Source: the human T2T-CHM13v2.0 reference genome, Homo sapiens. From it: a stretch of 64,000 bases of DNA. The notes beneath the pieces were generated by a model that had not been told where the DNA came from, made no database searches, and saw only the letters and a list, made by a program, of their open reading frames with translations. Positions 29,640 through 48,941 of this stretch are shown one piece after another. Made by a program: the position numbers and the translations under genes. Positions within the stretch are counted from its first letter, which is position 1, and each line of letters opens with the position of its first letter. Location: the NCBI RefSeq assembly GCF_009914755.1, contig NC_060936.1. One strand, given 5' to 3'.

Positions 29640-30200
29640 AGTAAAGTTCAATATATGCAGATTCTAGGACCCAGCACCTCCACTCCCAGATTTATTCCCT
29701 AGAGAAACTCAGGTGCATGTGTTCCAAAAGACGGAGATGGAGCCAAGACCGTTGCTCACACGTTATTTGCATGGTAGCTCCAAACTAGAAACAGCCCCAG
29801 CATCCATCAGCAGTAGAATGGAGAAAACAGTGGCATCTCCATACAATGAAATATACTCAGCAATGAAAATGGATGGCACAGCTACCCCGAACAACATGGA
29901 GAAATCTCACAGGTGGAATGTTGAGGGGAAGAAGCCAGACCCCCAAAACACATCAAGCACTGTTGCATTTATATAAAGTTCAAAAGCAAAAGAGGCCAAA
30001 TTAAATTCTATTGCTTAAGGATCCTTATGTAGGGGGTAAAATTATAAAGAAAAGCAAGGAAATGATTGTCCCCAAATTCAGGGTAGTGGCTACTTGTGGG
30101 GAAGAGGAAGGCATACCTGGGGAGTTTGGGGGGCTGCTGTTTCGCATGCTGTGAATACTGATGTTCACTTTGTAAGTATTGGCTAAACCACATATATCCT
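29640..30200 (+). mobile_element. L1ME-type 3' fragment
   Basis: CCACTCCCAGATTTATTCCCTAGAGAAAC, TATACTCAGCAATGAAAAT, TTTATATAAAGTTCAAAA. Confidence 0.75.
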
Positions 30201-30593
30201 ATGCAGTTCTACATCACAGAGACAAAAAATATGTTATAAAATAAAAGGGCTAAAGTTCCCAAGAGTGATGGCTCTTGCAGCACCACGAGAAGGGTATTCA
30301 ATGTAGGGGCTTTCACTCCAAGTGCCCAGCTATAAGAGACAGAACTTCCGGGTCTTTCAAGTTCATTCATGACAATATTCTTGAACTCCTGGGGAAAAAA
30401 AAGCACTGCAGAGAATCCCTAAATTTTCAAAAAGTTCAAATGAATTTCTCGTTTCTTGTCTTTGGGGTTGATTTGATGATGTTTAGTTTTCCTAATTATT
30501 CGGCTTGGGCTGACAAGGAATCTGTTGTTTTCATTAGTGTACCCAGAAGCTGCCAGAGGGTGAACACTGAGGGCCATTACTGAGAATGCACCA

Positions 30594-30898
<305 letters not shown>

Positions 30899-30974
30899 TG
30901 CAGGGGGAATGCACCATGTGCAAGATCTCATGCTAAGTGTCGAGGCTGCATTGATGAGTAAGACAACTTTTGTC

Positions 30975-31790
<816 letters not shown>

Positions 31791-31999
31791 CACAGAAAAC
31801 AGCAAACAAAGCCAGCCTTGAACATAATTCTGATTTAGTAGCTAGAACAGATTGAGATGCTACATATTTATGGACTCTGGGGCTCTGCTGCTGGTCCACA
31901 GACCATACTTTGAGTAGGAGCAAGTTTCTAAATGACACCAGGCCAGGCTAGATCTAATTATCCTGAAGGTGTCCTGAATATAGGTAAATTAAGATCACA

Positions 32000-32115
32000 T
32001 TCAGCCTCAATTTTCTCACCTGTAAAATGGGAGAACTAGCACAAATGTCTGTGGGGTTGCTGTGATGGTTAAACAAGGCCATTAGCACTTGAACAGTAGG
32101 TGCTCTGATATTTGT
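32000..32115 (+). mobile_element. MIR
   Basis: AGCCTCAATTTTCTCACCTGTAAAATGGG. Confidence 0.75.
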
Positions 32116-32742
32116 CTCCACAGCCGTCAGTGTCCAGCCCCTGGCTGCTTCTGGGGACACCAAGGGGAACAACAGATTCCTCATCTACCTTGGCTGAATA
32201 ATTAGGAAAACAAAATGTCATTAAATCAACCTCAAAGACAAAGAATGGACAATTCGTTTGAGATTTTTGACAATTTGGGGCTTCTCTGCAGTGTTGTTTT
32301 CTTCTGGGAGTGCAGGTATGCTATCAGGGAGGCTCCACGTTGATCTGAGTCAGCTCCGAGCTCAGAGCCGCACAGGCTCCTCTAAATTGGCCACTGGGCT
32401 TCTCAAGGTCCTCCCCCGGGCACTCTGTGACCCAGTTGTCCTTGCTGTGCAGGACTTGTGCATGGGGCTAAGGGGGAAGGGGCGTCCTGATAACCCTCTC
32501 ACCCAGAGTTTTTTAAAAATCACATTTATTAGCTTTGATCTTATTTTTGTGTTAGAAAGAAAAAGAACGCCTTTTTGATAAAATCAGTATGTGAATTACT
32601 GGCATTAATCAAACCCCTATTAAGCACTCTGTTTTGCATTTCTTATCTCTTTTAATCATTCCAAATCCTTCAGAGGAAGTCCCTGCTTTTCTCATCTCAT
32701 TTTACAGATGAACAAATCGAAGCTTAGAAGATGACCTTGCGA

Positions 32743-32933
32743 GGCCGGGCGTGGTGGCTCACTCTTTTACTCCTAGCAATTTGGGAGGCCTAGGCAGGTA
32801 AATCACTTGGGCTCAGGAGTTCGCGACCAGCCAGGGAAACATGGCAAGATCCCATCTCTACAAAACATACAAAAATTAGTCGGGCATGGTGGCATGTGCC
32901 TGTGGTTCCAGCTACTTGGGGGTCTGAGGCAGG
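32743..32933 (+). mobile_element. Alu, 3'-truncated
   Basis: Left arm plus start of right arm. Confidence 0.88.
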
Positions 32934-32981
32934 ACTTTGCTGTATGTCTTTGTGTAGATTTTTTTTTAAAATTCATTTGGA

Positions 32982-33269
32982 GGCCAGGCGCGGTGGCTCA
33001 CGCCTGTAATCCCAGCACTTTGGGAGGCTGAGGCGGGTGGATCATGAGATCAGGAGTTCAAGACCAGCCTGGCCAAGATGGTGAAACCCTGTCTCTACTA
33101 AAAATATGAAAATTAGCCAGGCGTGGTAGCAGGTGCCTGTAATCCCAGCTACTTGGGAGACTGAGGCAGAGAATTGCTTGAACCTGGGAGGCGGAGGTTG
33201 CAGTGAGCTGAGATCACACCACTGCACTCCAGCCTGGGCGACAGAGCAAGACTCTATCTCAAAAAAAAA
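32982..33269 (+). mobile_element. Alu (AluS)
   Basis: TSD AAAATTCATTTGGA. Confidence 0.95.
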
Positions 33270-33426
33270 TTCATTTGGAAGCATACCGTGAATTCAGCTT
33301 ACTGACTATTAAGTGCTTAGTATGACATAAAAGTAGCTCATTCTTACTGTTTTTTTTTTTTTTAACTTTCCAATTCAAAGAACACACAAATACATGAAAT
33401 ACATGCAGGTGAAAGAGAAAACTCAC

Positions 33427-33732
33427 TTTTTTTGTTGTTGTTGTTGGAGTCATGGTCCTTTGCCCAGGCTGGAGTGTAGTGGCGGGATCTAGGCTCACTG
33501 CAGCCTCTGCCTCCCAGGTTCCAGTGATTCTCCTGCCTCAGCCTCCTGGGTAGCTGGGATTACAGGCACCCACCACCACACCTAGCTAATTTTTTTTTTT
33601 TTTTTGTATTTGTAGTAGAGACAGGGTTTCGCCATGTTGGCCAGGCTGGTCTCGAACTCCTGACCTCAGGTGATCCACCCTCCTTGGCCTCCCAAAGTGC
33701 TGAGATTACAGGCGTGAGCCACCGCTCTTGGT
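33427..33732 (-). mobile_element. Alu (AluS)
   Basis: TSD AGAAAACTCACTT. Confidence 0.95.
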
Positions 33733-33751
33733 CAAGAAAACTCACTTCTAA

Positions 33752-34234
<483 letters not shown>

Positions 34235-34445
34235 TAGCCAAAGCAGGGAGGGTTTAGCCAGGGCCACAAAATGACCTGAAACCCAGAGAGATAGAAAGGA
34301 TACAGTAAAACTAACGTTCTTTGCCATGTTATAGAGAGGAGGGAACCCACTAGTGGATCCAGGTTTCTGGAGAAGGTGAAAGGTGAATACAGTTTTTGCA
34401 GGAATGAAGGAGAAACACATAAACCAACTCCAGAATCAATAAATT

Positions 34446-34753
<308 letters not shown>

Positions 34754-34824
34754 TTATTCCTACATTCTGGCAAAGTATATTTGGGTCCTACCCTGCATCT
34801 TAGGAATGAGAAATTAGCAAAGAA

Positions 34825-35046
34825 CAGTGGTTCTCATGTTTTTAGGAGGAGGATTTTGCCCCCAGCAGACACCTGGCATTGTCTGGAGATATTTTTTGTT
34901 GTCACACATGAGGGTGATGCTACTGCTGGCATCTACCTACTGGTAGAGACCAAGGATGCTGCTAAACATTCTACACAGGACAGCCCCCTACCATGCAGGA
35001 TTATCTGGTACAAAATGCCAGTAGTGGCCACACTGAGAAACCTTGG
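34825..35046 (+). mobile_element. MER20 (hAT-Charlie MITE)
   Basis: CAGTGGTTCTCA...TGTCTGGAGATATTTTT..GGATGCTGCTAAACAT...TGAGAAACCTTG. Confidence 0.88.
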
Positions 35047-35124
35047 CCTAGATGGGTAAGTTAGGAGGTGAAGAGGCACTCCGGAAGTCACATTCCTGGG
35101 ATGAGATTCAGATCAACTAAAGCA

Positions 35125-35285
35125 TCTTGGAAAAATCTCTCCACCTCTCTAAGTCTCAGTTTTCTTCCCTGTATAATGGGGAGATATAATTATATTACCT
35201 ACCTCATCAGTTTGTGAGAAGGATAAATTAAATGAAGAAGCACTTACACAGTACCTGGCACATAGTAGGCTCTGGATCAATGTAA
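35125..35285 (+). mobile_element. MIR
   Basis: CCTCTCTAAGTCTCAGTTTTCTT..TACCTGGCACATAGTAGG. Confidence 0.8.
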
Positions 35286-35308
35286 GGGAGTGAAAAAAGA
35301 AAAAAAAA

Positions 35309-35775
<467 letters not shown>

Positions 35776-35777
35776 CA

Positions 35778-36065
35778 AGCTAGGGACGGTGGCTCACTTC
35801 TGTAATCCCAATGCTTTGGGAGGTCATGGCGGGCAGATCACTTGAGGTCAGGAGTTCAAGACCAGCCTGGCCAACATGGTGAAACCCCGTCTCTACTAAA
35901 AATACAAAAATTATCCGGGCCTGGTGGTGCACACCTGTAATCCCAGCTACACGGGAGGCTGAAGCAGGAGAATGGCTTGAACCCAGGAGGCGGAGGTTAC
36001 AGTGAGCCTAGATTGTGCCACCGCACTCCAGCCTGGGCAACGGAGTGAGACTCCATCTCAAAAAA
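35778..36065 (+). mobile_element. Alu (AluS)
   Basis: Dimer whose tail runs into the TA array. Confidence 0.93.
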
Positions 36066-36089
36066 TATATATCTCAAAAAAAATGTGTG

Positions 36090-36435
36090 TATATATATAT
36101 ATAATATATATATATTATATATATATAATATATATATATTATATATATATAATATATATATATTATATATATATAATATATATATATTATATATATATAA
36201 TATATATATATTATATATATATAATATATATATATTATATATATATAATATATATATATTATATATATATAATATATATATTATATAAATATAATATATA
36301 TATTATATATATATAATATATATATTATTTTATATATATATAATATATTATATAATATATATATAATATATATATTATATATATATATTATATAATATAT
36401 ATATAAATATAATATATAATATATAATATATATAT
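36090..36435. repeat. AT-only array, 24-bp unit AATATATATATATTATATATATAT, degenerating toward the 3' end
   Basis: AA at 36103 and 36127, TT at 36115; 8-aa periodicity in the overlapping ORFs. Confidence 0.97.
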
Positions 36436-36540
36436 GTCAAACATAAAGTAATCTCTAAAGAGTCTTACTTAACAAAAACTCTTTTAGCCACAGCTGAAGA
36501 AATCAGTCCTGGAATAATTCAGTCTCTCTCTGATGCTTGC

Positions 36541-36579
36541 TTTTCTTTCTTTCTTTCTTTCTTTCTTTCTCTTTCTTTC

Positions 36580-36623
<44 letters not shown>

Positions 36624-36810
36624 TTTTCCTTCCTTCTTTCTTTTTTTCTTTCTTTCCTTCCTTCCTTCCTTCCCTCCTTCCTTCCTTCCTTTCTTCTTTC
36701 TTTCTTTCTTTCTTTCTTTTCTTTCTCTCTCTTTCTCTCTCTCTCTTTCTTTCTTTTTTTCCTCTCTCTCTCTCACACACACACACTCTCACACACACTC
36801 ACACACACAC
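36541..36810. repeat. (TTTC)n/(TTCC)n/(CT)n/(CA)n compound microsatellite
   Basis: Direct reading. Confidence 0.97.
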
Positions 36811-37450
36811 AGAGAAATTTGTATGGCTGCTCCAAATTTATTTCCAAGAAAAATACGGAGTTATACCTCTGTGGATTTTCTTTCCTGGGCACTGAATTCA
36901 TGGCGTATCTACTCAAGTTTTGGTCACGGTGAAATTAACTGCATTGCCCTTTAAGAAAAAAATCTAGGCGTTCCTGGTGGGTGCGCACATGGCAGTGTAC
37001 AGGGACACAGAAGTGGGCATCCACATTTCCAAAATAAACTACTTCTAGGTGGTTCTGAACTTGTATCCATCTGATGCAAGCCAACAATCAGTGCACATGA
37101 ATTACCAGGGACCTCATCCTTCCAGCCTCCCCAGTCTCTCCGGAATCTCTGGGGACGTGCCAATGCCCGTGAGGCCTAGTGAAAACACTGCAGTCCTTGA
37201 ATTCACCGTCATCCAAGAACAGCTTGAGACCTGTTTACTTCAGAACCAGCAAAAGGTGAACAGGTCTTTCCTGAAAGTCCTGGTTTCTAGCAGAAGATTT
37301 TAAATATAGGACAGTTGAAGGGGAGGGGTCACACAGAGGACTGGGGACCAGGAGTTGGAACTCATCAGCTTGTAAAAAGTTCTAGGGTTTGTGACCTTGG
37401 TGCCCTTAGGCATATTCCTTAACCTTTCTGAACATCAGCATCTTCCTCTA

Positions 37451-37750
<300 letters not shown>

Positions 37751-38518
37751 AAAAGGGCCCATTGCCTGTCAGCCCTGGCAGGCTGCTGTGAAAGTCAAGA
37801 GAGACAGAGGAAGCAAGACAGTTCTGGAAAATGCTCAGCGCTGTGTAAGAGGTGTTCACTGTTGCACCCTGAGTGTGCCCAGACTGTCTTGAAACTTTCA
37901 CCCACTCTGCCTTCTGGGCAGGCAGTTCAGGCTCCTCAGAGGTGTCTCCTTATCCGCTGGAATGCAGGAAACACCCAAAATAGAGAGCTGAGGCGTGTCT
38001 TCACTAGCTCAGCTCAACCGGCTTTTGAGGTTTGCAAAGCAAGATGAGTGCTGGGTTCTATCTTGATTGTGCCTTTGAGAGGGTTGGTCAGAGGTAAGAT
38101 TAGCTATCTGGTGTCCTCTGTTCGTATGCACACACTGAAAACCCAGAGGGCAACCAAGCCAGATAGCGAGTGGCAGCACCCACAAAAATGTGTGTCCAGA
38201 AAGAAATCAAGAGGGACCAGAAGAAAAGGCAGACTCAGGTCATTTTCCAAGGGGCTCACAGTCCTGAGGGCTGGAGCCATGAGAGTCCAAGGGGGTCTGG
38301 CATCCCAAACAGGATGCTGTTTCTCAGGGAAGGAATGGTGTTAAGGAATCAACGCTGGGGGTTAATCCAAGCCGGGCCTCCCGGGAGAGCCATCTTGTGG
38401 CCACTCGAGTATGTGACTGTTCGATTATCTTCCCTTTTTTCTTATTCGAAGAGAAAGCTTTTCCCAATCCTAAATGAAACTGGATGTAATCATTGTTGAG
38501 TGGGTCAGAAGTGTTTTA

Positions 38519-38992
<474 letters not shown>

Positions 38993-39085
38993 CTAACTAG
39001 TTGGACATGTCACTTATTCTCTAACAACAACAACAAATGAAGAGTCATAATACCTTCATTTTGTGCAGAAACTGTGTGCAACTTG

Positions 39086-39393
39086 GCCGGGTGCAGTGAC
39101 TTATGCCTGTAATCCCAGCACTTTGGGAGGCCAAGGCAGGTAGATCAACTGAGGTCAGGAGTTCGAGACAAGCCTGGCCAACATGGTGAAACCCCATCTC
39201 TACCAAAAATACAAAAATGAGCCGGGCGTGTTGGCGTGCGCCTGTAGTCCCAGCTACTCTGGAGGCTGAGGCAGGAGAATCACTTGAACCTGAGTGGCAG
39301 AGGTCTCAGTGAGCCGAGACCATGCCACTGCACTCCTGCCTGGGCTACAGAGACTTCATCTCAAAAAACACACAAACAAACAACAACAAAAAA
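39086..39393 (+). mobile_element. Alu (AluS)
   Basis: Dimer; TSD TGTGCAAC. Confidence 0.95.
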
Positions 39394-39530
39394 CCTATGT
39401 GCAACACACTGAGCTTTAAATATATTTTATCACTTCATCCTCATCGAAACTTCTGACTATAATCTCATTTTAGAGGTGAGGAAAGTGGACTCCCAGCTGG
39501 AGATTGTGGGTGGCCATTATAGGTTACTAA

Positions 39531-39925
<395 letters not shown>

Positions 39926-40394
39926 TGCCAGAATGGAGTTTCTAGGAGATGAATTTGGACTTGAAAGGAAGAGAAGACATCCAGGGTTGGCTACGTTTTA
40001 TCTGGTAAATGTCCCTGCAACTCCTCTGGGAATAGAGTACCCATCTTAGAGATAAAGAAACTGAGATTCAAGCTGAAAGGTTAAGTGTATTGCCTGTGGT
40101 TATAAAATCAGGGTTAGCAAGAAAGTCTTGACTTTGGGGAGCAGGAATCAAACAATACAATTTAAATAGCTAATCTATCTAATCTCAGGAGGCCTGATAG
40201 GGGCTTTTGGAGTCAGGAACTGCATAAATAAATCCAGGTGTCCTCCTCTGATCTCCATACAAACAAATGGGATTAGCACATCAAAGGTTTGGTTCTTTGT
40301 ACTGTAAGTAGCGCTACCCTGAGGTGGGCTGTGGGCCAGCTGGAAGATGCAGGAATTCAGAAACTGTTAATTCACCAATTTCTTGGGCTTCCTT

Positions 40395-40525
40395 CCTTAA
40401 CTAGCTGTGTGACCTAGGACAAGCTAACTAACCTTGCTGTACCTTCGTTCTCTCATCTATAAAATGGGTGTCATTATAATGGCAACCTCATAAACTGGTT
40501 TGAGGATAAAATTGAAATAACATCA
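40395..40525 (+). mobile_element. MIR
   Basis: ACTAGCTGTGTGACCTAGGACAAG..CTCATCTATAAAATGGG. Confidence 0.8.
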
Positions 40526-40735
40526 ATATTTATGATGACACTTACTATGTGCCAAACAGCATTCCAACTTCATTTGTTACATTAACTGAAATCTCACAAC
40601 CAGCATGTATTAAATGGGTTCTTATATAAGGGAGTGAACTATTATTTAATGATTAAAATGATAAATGTAAAATCTATCAAGCAACATGGGGAATGTATTA
40701 TACTGAGTAATAATAATAATAAAATAATAAGTGAA

Positions 40736-41038
<303 letters not shown>

Positions 41039-41390
41039 CTATCTTCTTTAGGACAATGGCTCTTTTTAAATTCCTGAATACAAGGACAGGAAGAGAAAGT
41101 GGAAAAGGGAACCCCAAATTATTGGTGGAATTGTGCCTGGTCTACATGTTGTTAGTTTCTGTTATGAAATTGTCTTTGCAAGAAATGAAATATATTTATA
41201 CATAAATGTATAAGAGCAGTTTATTGGGTCTGATTGATAGGAAGACCTGTTATTCTCCTCCCAGGAAAATGCACACACCCAATAGGTAGGTGGCCTCCCA
41301 TTATTCAGAATTCCTAGACCTACTCCCCTCCTAAATCCCATCCATTGATCCCTGGGGCCCACAGGATAGGAGCTTTCATTTAAGAATGTA

Positions 41391-41474
41391 TCTCTCTCTC
41401 TCTCTTTCTTTCCTTCTCTCTTTCTTTCTTTCCTTCTCTCTTTCTTTCTTTCTTTTCTTTCCTTTCCTTCCTTC

Positions 41475-41529
<55 letters not shown>

Positions 41530-41544
41530 CTTTCTTTTCTTTCT

Positions 41545-41604
<60 letters not shown>

Positions 41605-41803
41605 TCCTTCCTTCCTTCCTTCCTTCCTTCCTTCCTTTTTTCTTCCCTTCCTTTCTTTCTTTCTTTCTTTCTATCTTTCTTTCTTTCTTTCTTTCTTTCC
41701 TTCCTTCCTTCCTTCCTTCCTTCCTTCCTTTTCTTCCCTTTCTTTCTCTCTTTTTTCTTTTTCTCTCTCCCTTCCTTCCTTCCTTCCTTCCTCTCTTTCT
41801 TTC
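41391..41803. repeat. ~410-bp polypyrimidine (TTTC)n/(TTCC)n tract, expanded Alu tail
   Basis: Direct reading; two (TTCC)8 runs. Confidence 0.97.
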
Positions 41804-42096
<293 letters not shown>

Positions 42097-42211
42097 TCTT
42101 TCTTTTTGTTTCTATTTTCTTTTCTCTCTTTTTTTCCCTTCCCTCCATCCCTCCCTTCCTCCTTTCTCTCTCTCTCTCTTTCCTCTCTCTCTCTTTCCTC
42201 TCTCTCTCTTT
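42097..42211. repeat. CT-rich low-complexity tract
   Basis: Direct reading. Confidence 0.9.
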
Positions 42212-43254
42212 CGCATCTACTGTGTGTGAGACACACAGTGGGCCAAGTAGTGAGGACACAATTGTGAGATGTTATAATGTCACCTGCTGGCTCTCCCACG
42301 TTATCTACTCCTTGGTATACTCCCCCTTTTAATCTATTTATGGCCTTACTTTGTGAAAATAGTAATAGACAGAAAAATAACTAACATCCAGGGGAGATGT
42401 TGCTGATTACAAGGGATTTTCTCACACATAACCTGATGGTAAGCCTTTGGCCACTGTGTAAGTAGATATTACTGTTATCTTGGTTTAACAAAAGAGAACA
42501 CGAACACTCAAAGAAGATGGAATAAATGACGGGTTTATCTGTAAGCGATGGAGACAAAATTCTGAACACAGGGGTTTTTGACTGCAGAGATCACAGGAGA
42601 ACTTATCATCTGGTGGATAAGGCAAGAGTTTGAACTCAGATTCTGGCAGGTGCTGTGTGATCTTAAGGGAGCTACTTTAACTCTCTGAGCCTGTATTTTC
42701 CTCTAAAAATGAGTAGTAGGAATAACATCAGTTTGATAATAAAAACAGCAGAAACAACAGGAAGAAGAATATTAACTGCGAGCATGGCTGAGTGTGTTTT
42801 TGGCGCCAGCACTGTGCAATCTAGACGGGTTTCCTTTCATCTTCACAACAGCACTATGAGGTGGCACAATTGTCATTCCTCTGTATCAAATGTGGATGGC
42901 AAGGACTTTGGCACAATCTGAGGAACAGAGGAAGTGCTCAAGATGGGACAGCAAAATTAAAGGAGAAAAAAACTCACTTCTTTGATTTTTTTTTTTCATC
43001 AGTAGGGAAAGTTCGTGTTGAATCTTTGACAATTCCTCCTCCAGGCTCCTGGACCTAAAGCCCCATTGTCTTAAAAGGTTTTCAACTAGTGAATCATCCT
43101 TTGTCTTGAGCTAGGTGTCATTTTGCATATCTACAACAAGGGCCAGTCTAACTGCTGGGTGCAAGAGACACCTTTTTTCAGATGACCCAAGGAAGGGAGG
43201 ATTGCCACATTAAAAGTAATGCTTACATATGGACAAAATGTAACTTGATGTCAG

Positions 43255-43543
43255 CTCAGTGGAATGGCTCATGCTTTTAATCCCAGCACTTTGGGAGGCT
43301 GAGGCAGGAGGATTACTTGAGCTCAGGAGTTCAAGACCAGCCTGAGCAATGTAGCAAGACCCCTGTCACTATAAAAAGTAAAAATAAAAAATAAAAGAAT
43401 TAACTGAGCATGGTGGTTCATGCCTGTAGTCCCAGCTACTCAGGAGGCCGAAAGGGGAGGATCACTTGAGCCTTGGTAGCACCACTGCACTCTAGCCTCA
43501 GTGACAGAACAAGACCCTGTCTCAAAGAACAACAACAACAAAA
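43255..43543 (+). mobile_element. AluJ
   Basis: Diverged dimer with deletion in the right arm. Confidence 0.9.
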
Positions 43544-43706
43544 CATTATGTCGACAATTGAGCTATTTTAAATATATAAAATTGTATTTATTATGTAATG
43601 TGGGTGCATTTTAAGATGTAGGTAAGGGGTCTCCCCAAAATAAGAATGTTTGGGACCTATAAGATCCTTACAAAAAATGTCTTTGTCCAAAATTATAATA
43701 ATTGTT

Positions 43707-43991
43707 GGCCGGGCGCAGTGGCTCATGCCTGCAATCCCAGCACTTTGGAAAGCCAAGGCAGCCAGATCACTTGAGGCCAGGAGTTCGAGACCAGCCTAGC
43801 CAACATGGCGAAACCCCATCTCTACTAAAAAAGCCAGGCGTGGTGGCACATGCCTGTGATTCCAGCTACTCAGGAGGCTGAGGCAGGAGAATCGCTTGAA
43901 ACCTGGGAGGTGGAGGTTGTAGTGAGCCGAGATCATGCCACTGCACTCCAGCCTGGGTGACAGAGCAAGACTCTGCCAAAAAAAAAAAAAA
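43707..43991 (+). mobile_element. Alu (AluS)
   Basis: Dimer; TSD ATAATAATTGTT encloses this Alu and the next. Confidence 0.95.
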
Positions 43992-44014
43992 GGAAAAAGA
44001 ATAAAAAGAAAAAA

Positions 44015-44347
<333 letters not shown>

Positions 44348-44770
44348 TCATTACGTTTGGATGCATTTCAAATTTTTCAGAACATATATTTTCAAAGACC
44401 ATTATCCCCCCAAATTCCATTTCTTCACCTTTTTCATCCTTCTAAAGCACCTTTTGCTTAGGTGGAGTTTGCAGAATTCCAACAAGTTCATTCCTCAGAT
44501 CACTAGATCTTGAGGTAGTTTGAGATCTCTGAGACAACAAGAAGAATGAATAAACAAATGTTTGTTTTCTCCTCTTAAAATTCCCGAAGGCAAGAGGCAG
44601 TAAATGAATAAATTAGGACATCTTTGGTGGACCTGACCCCAGAAGCAGCTGCTGGCCCCAGCAGCCTCCTGCCCCCAGCAGCCTCCTGCCTTTGTTTTTC
44701 TAAGGCTCTGGGGCTATTGTCCCCAGTCAGTGGAAAAAACATCACACCCATTTTCAAAAAGAGATGGTTG

Positions 44771-45073
<303 letters not shown>

Positions 45074-45569
45074 TCAATGTCTATGGAGAGTCTCCCTTCT
45101 CAGGCTGAGGTTCCCCGACCCAGTGGCATCTAGCTGTCCTCACGAAGACAAGAAATCATTAGCCCTAATTAAGTCCTCCCTAGCAGGCTGCCTGGGATCC
45201 AGTAGGCAAGTCTTCATTCCTTCCCTCTTTACTAGGAAAAAGGGAGGAAAGGAGACAGGTCTCTTCAGATATCATCCTTCAGGGTGGGTGCTAGTATGAA
45301 TCTGTGAAGATCAGTTTGGTGAAATGTATCGTAAACCTCAAACGTGCCTCCTACTCTTTTCTCTCTTGGAATGTATCCTGGGGGAATCCATAACATGGGA
45401 GGAGACTAAGGTGAATGAACAATGGTTTAAAGAGCAAAAACATTGCCTATTAAATAGCAAATGAAATGTCTATTTGTATGGACAATAGAAATACCTATTT
45501 GTAGAACGGCGATAGAACCATAACGTGCCATATTTTGCCAAATTTTGCAAGTATTAAAATGGGGAAGGG

Positions 45570-45860
45570 GTAGGGCAGGTGGCCCATGCCTGTAATCCCA
45601 GCACTTTGGGAGACCAAGGCAGGAGGATCACTTGAGCCCAGAAGTTCAAGATAAACCTGGGCAACACAGAGAGACCCCATCTCTACAAAAAAAATTAAAA
45701 AATTAGTTGGGCTTCGTAGCACACACCTGTAGTCCCAGCTACTCGGGAGGCTGAGAGGGAAGATCACTTAAGCCAGGGAGGAGGAGGCTGCAGTGAGTTG
45801 TGATCACACCACTGCACTCTAGCGTGGGTGACAGAGTGGGACCCTGTCTCAAAAATAAAA
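45570..45860 (+). mobile_element. AluJ
   Basis: Dimer inside old L1M sequence. Confidence 0.9.
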
Positions 45861-45896
45861 TGGCGAAGATATGGACAAGAAACAAAATGTTCTTAA

Positions 45897-46273
<377 letters not shown>

Positions 46274-46289
46274 TAAAAATAAAATATGC

Positions 46290-46947
<658 letters not shown>

Positions 46948-46977
46948 TTCCTTTATTTTTAAATTTTTAAAAAATAA

Positions 46978-47375
<398 letters not shown>

Positions 47376-47399
47376 CTGGTTGTCTATTTCTTTTAGATG

Positions 47400-47762
47400 T
47401 CCCCTCCAGTGTCATCTCTTAGGTTCCCTTCTTAAGCCCTTCTGTCTAAACTGGGCCCTCCCTGGCACTGTCTCTCAGCCTGTTTATTTTATTTTCTGCA
47501 TAGCACTTACCATAATCTGTATTTATCACGTGCATTTTTTAGTTGAATTTTTCTCTTCCTATCCCCGTGTCCTAGAATTCGAGTAGTGACCTTCACTGTC
47601 TTTGTTCGTGGCTGCAAGTACCAGGCAACTTTGTGAAATGTTTCGTATAATGAACAGTAGTTTATTAAATATTATAGAAGAAATAAATATGTGAATGACC
47701 AAGTTAGTGAATGAGTAAATGACTGAATGACTGAGTTCATGAATGAACGGATGAGTGAGTGA
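47400..47762 (+). mobile_element. L2 3' end
   Basis: TGCATAGCACTTACCATAATCTG..(TGAA)n-like tail. Confidence 0.65.
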
Positions 47763-48004
47763 AATCTGGCTTTAGAGAGCGAGACTTTTCTTTGCCCATG
47801 GCTCAGGATACACAGTGACAGCTGGCACACGACAGACAAACGGGTCTCCTAAGAGTCTGGAAGCCAGGCCCAGTCCCTCTACTCTTACATCTGACCCTGC
47901 TCAAGGTTCCAGCCATGTGGACGGAAGTGGATCTCCGTTCCCAGGGAAGGGACCTTTCATATGTGAATATTCTCATGAGTGTTTGGCCCACATGATTTTC
48001 TTTT

Positions 48005-48110
48005 GCTTGCACAACACTTTGGGATTGGTATTATCATCCCTGTTTTAATTGATGAGGAAACTGAGACCCAGAAGGGTGAAATGTTTCGGCCCAGTTCACA
48101 GAATTAGCAA
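48005..48110 (-). mobile_element. MIR
   Basis: GATGAGGAAACTGAGACCCAGAAGGGTGAAATG. Confidence 0.8.
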
Positions 48111-48352
48111 ATGCACCCCAGACCTGGCCCGCCAGAGGGAGGGAGAAGCAGCACGTTCCCAACCTTTACCCCATCAGATTCTCACAATAGGACTTTCACT
48201 CTCCAGCCATATTTTAAAGTTTTGGGGAAGGGAAGAGAGGCAATGAGAAACCAAGAGAGAAAACCCTCAGAGGAGCAGCCACCAGGAGAGATCTCTGCAA
48301 TCACAGTCTAGTAAATTCTCAGTACAGATTTGCTTGAATAAGAAAATGAATG

Positions 48353-48641
48353 GGCTGGGTGCGGTGGCTCACGCCTGCAATCCCAGCACTTTGGAAGGCC
48401 GAGGCAGGCTGATCGCTTGACGCCAGGAGTTCAGGACCGGCCTGGGTGACATGGCACAACTCCATTTCTATAAAAAATACAGAAATTAGCCAGGTGATGG
48501 GGTGTGTGCCTGTAGTCCCAGCTACTCAGAGGCTGAGAGGTAGGAGAATTGCCTGAGCCTAGAAGGGTGAGGCTGCAGTGAGCTGTGATTGCACCACTGC
48601 ACTTCAACCTGGATGACAGAGCAAGATCTTGTCGCAGAAAA
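48353..48641 (+). mobile_element. AluJ
   Basis: Dimer. Confidence 0.92.
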
Positions 48642-48941
48642 GTGAATGAATGGATGGGACATAGTGAAGTGATTAGAAGCACACACTCATGTGTGGGGCC
48701 TGGATTCAAACTCCGTCTTTCCCACTTCTCTGTTGTGTGAGAATAGGCAAATGACTTTAATTTGTCGAGTCTCGGTTTCTTCATCTGAAGAATGAGAATA
48801 AAAGGGTTGCTGTAATAATTAATTGCTATAATGTCCATTAGCACTTAGTATGATATCTGGCATAAGGCAATATCTATAATACAGTAGTTCCCAGTCAATG
48901 AAAGTCAATTATTTTAATTATTTTATTTAAATTGGAGGCTG

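Noticed and set aside
29208-29702. 164-aa ORF
   Set aside because: GTG start, runs into L1ME sequence, no recognisable protein.
36002-36932. Y/I-rich, F/L/S-rich and K/E/R-rich ORFs (similar ones at 4962-5435, 38653-39040 and 41376-41828)
   Set aside because: Microsatellite translation artefacts.
48125-48145. Third CTCF-like motif CCGCCAGAGGGAGG
   Set aside because: Lacks the conserved GGC(G/A) 3' end and an upstream module; too weak to call.
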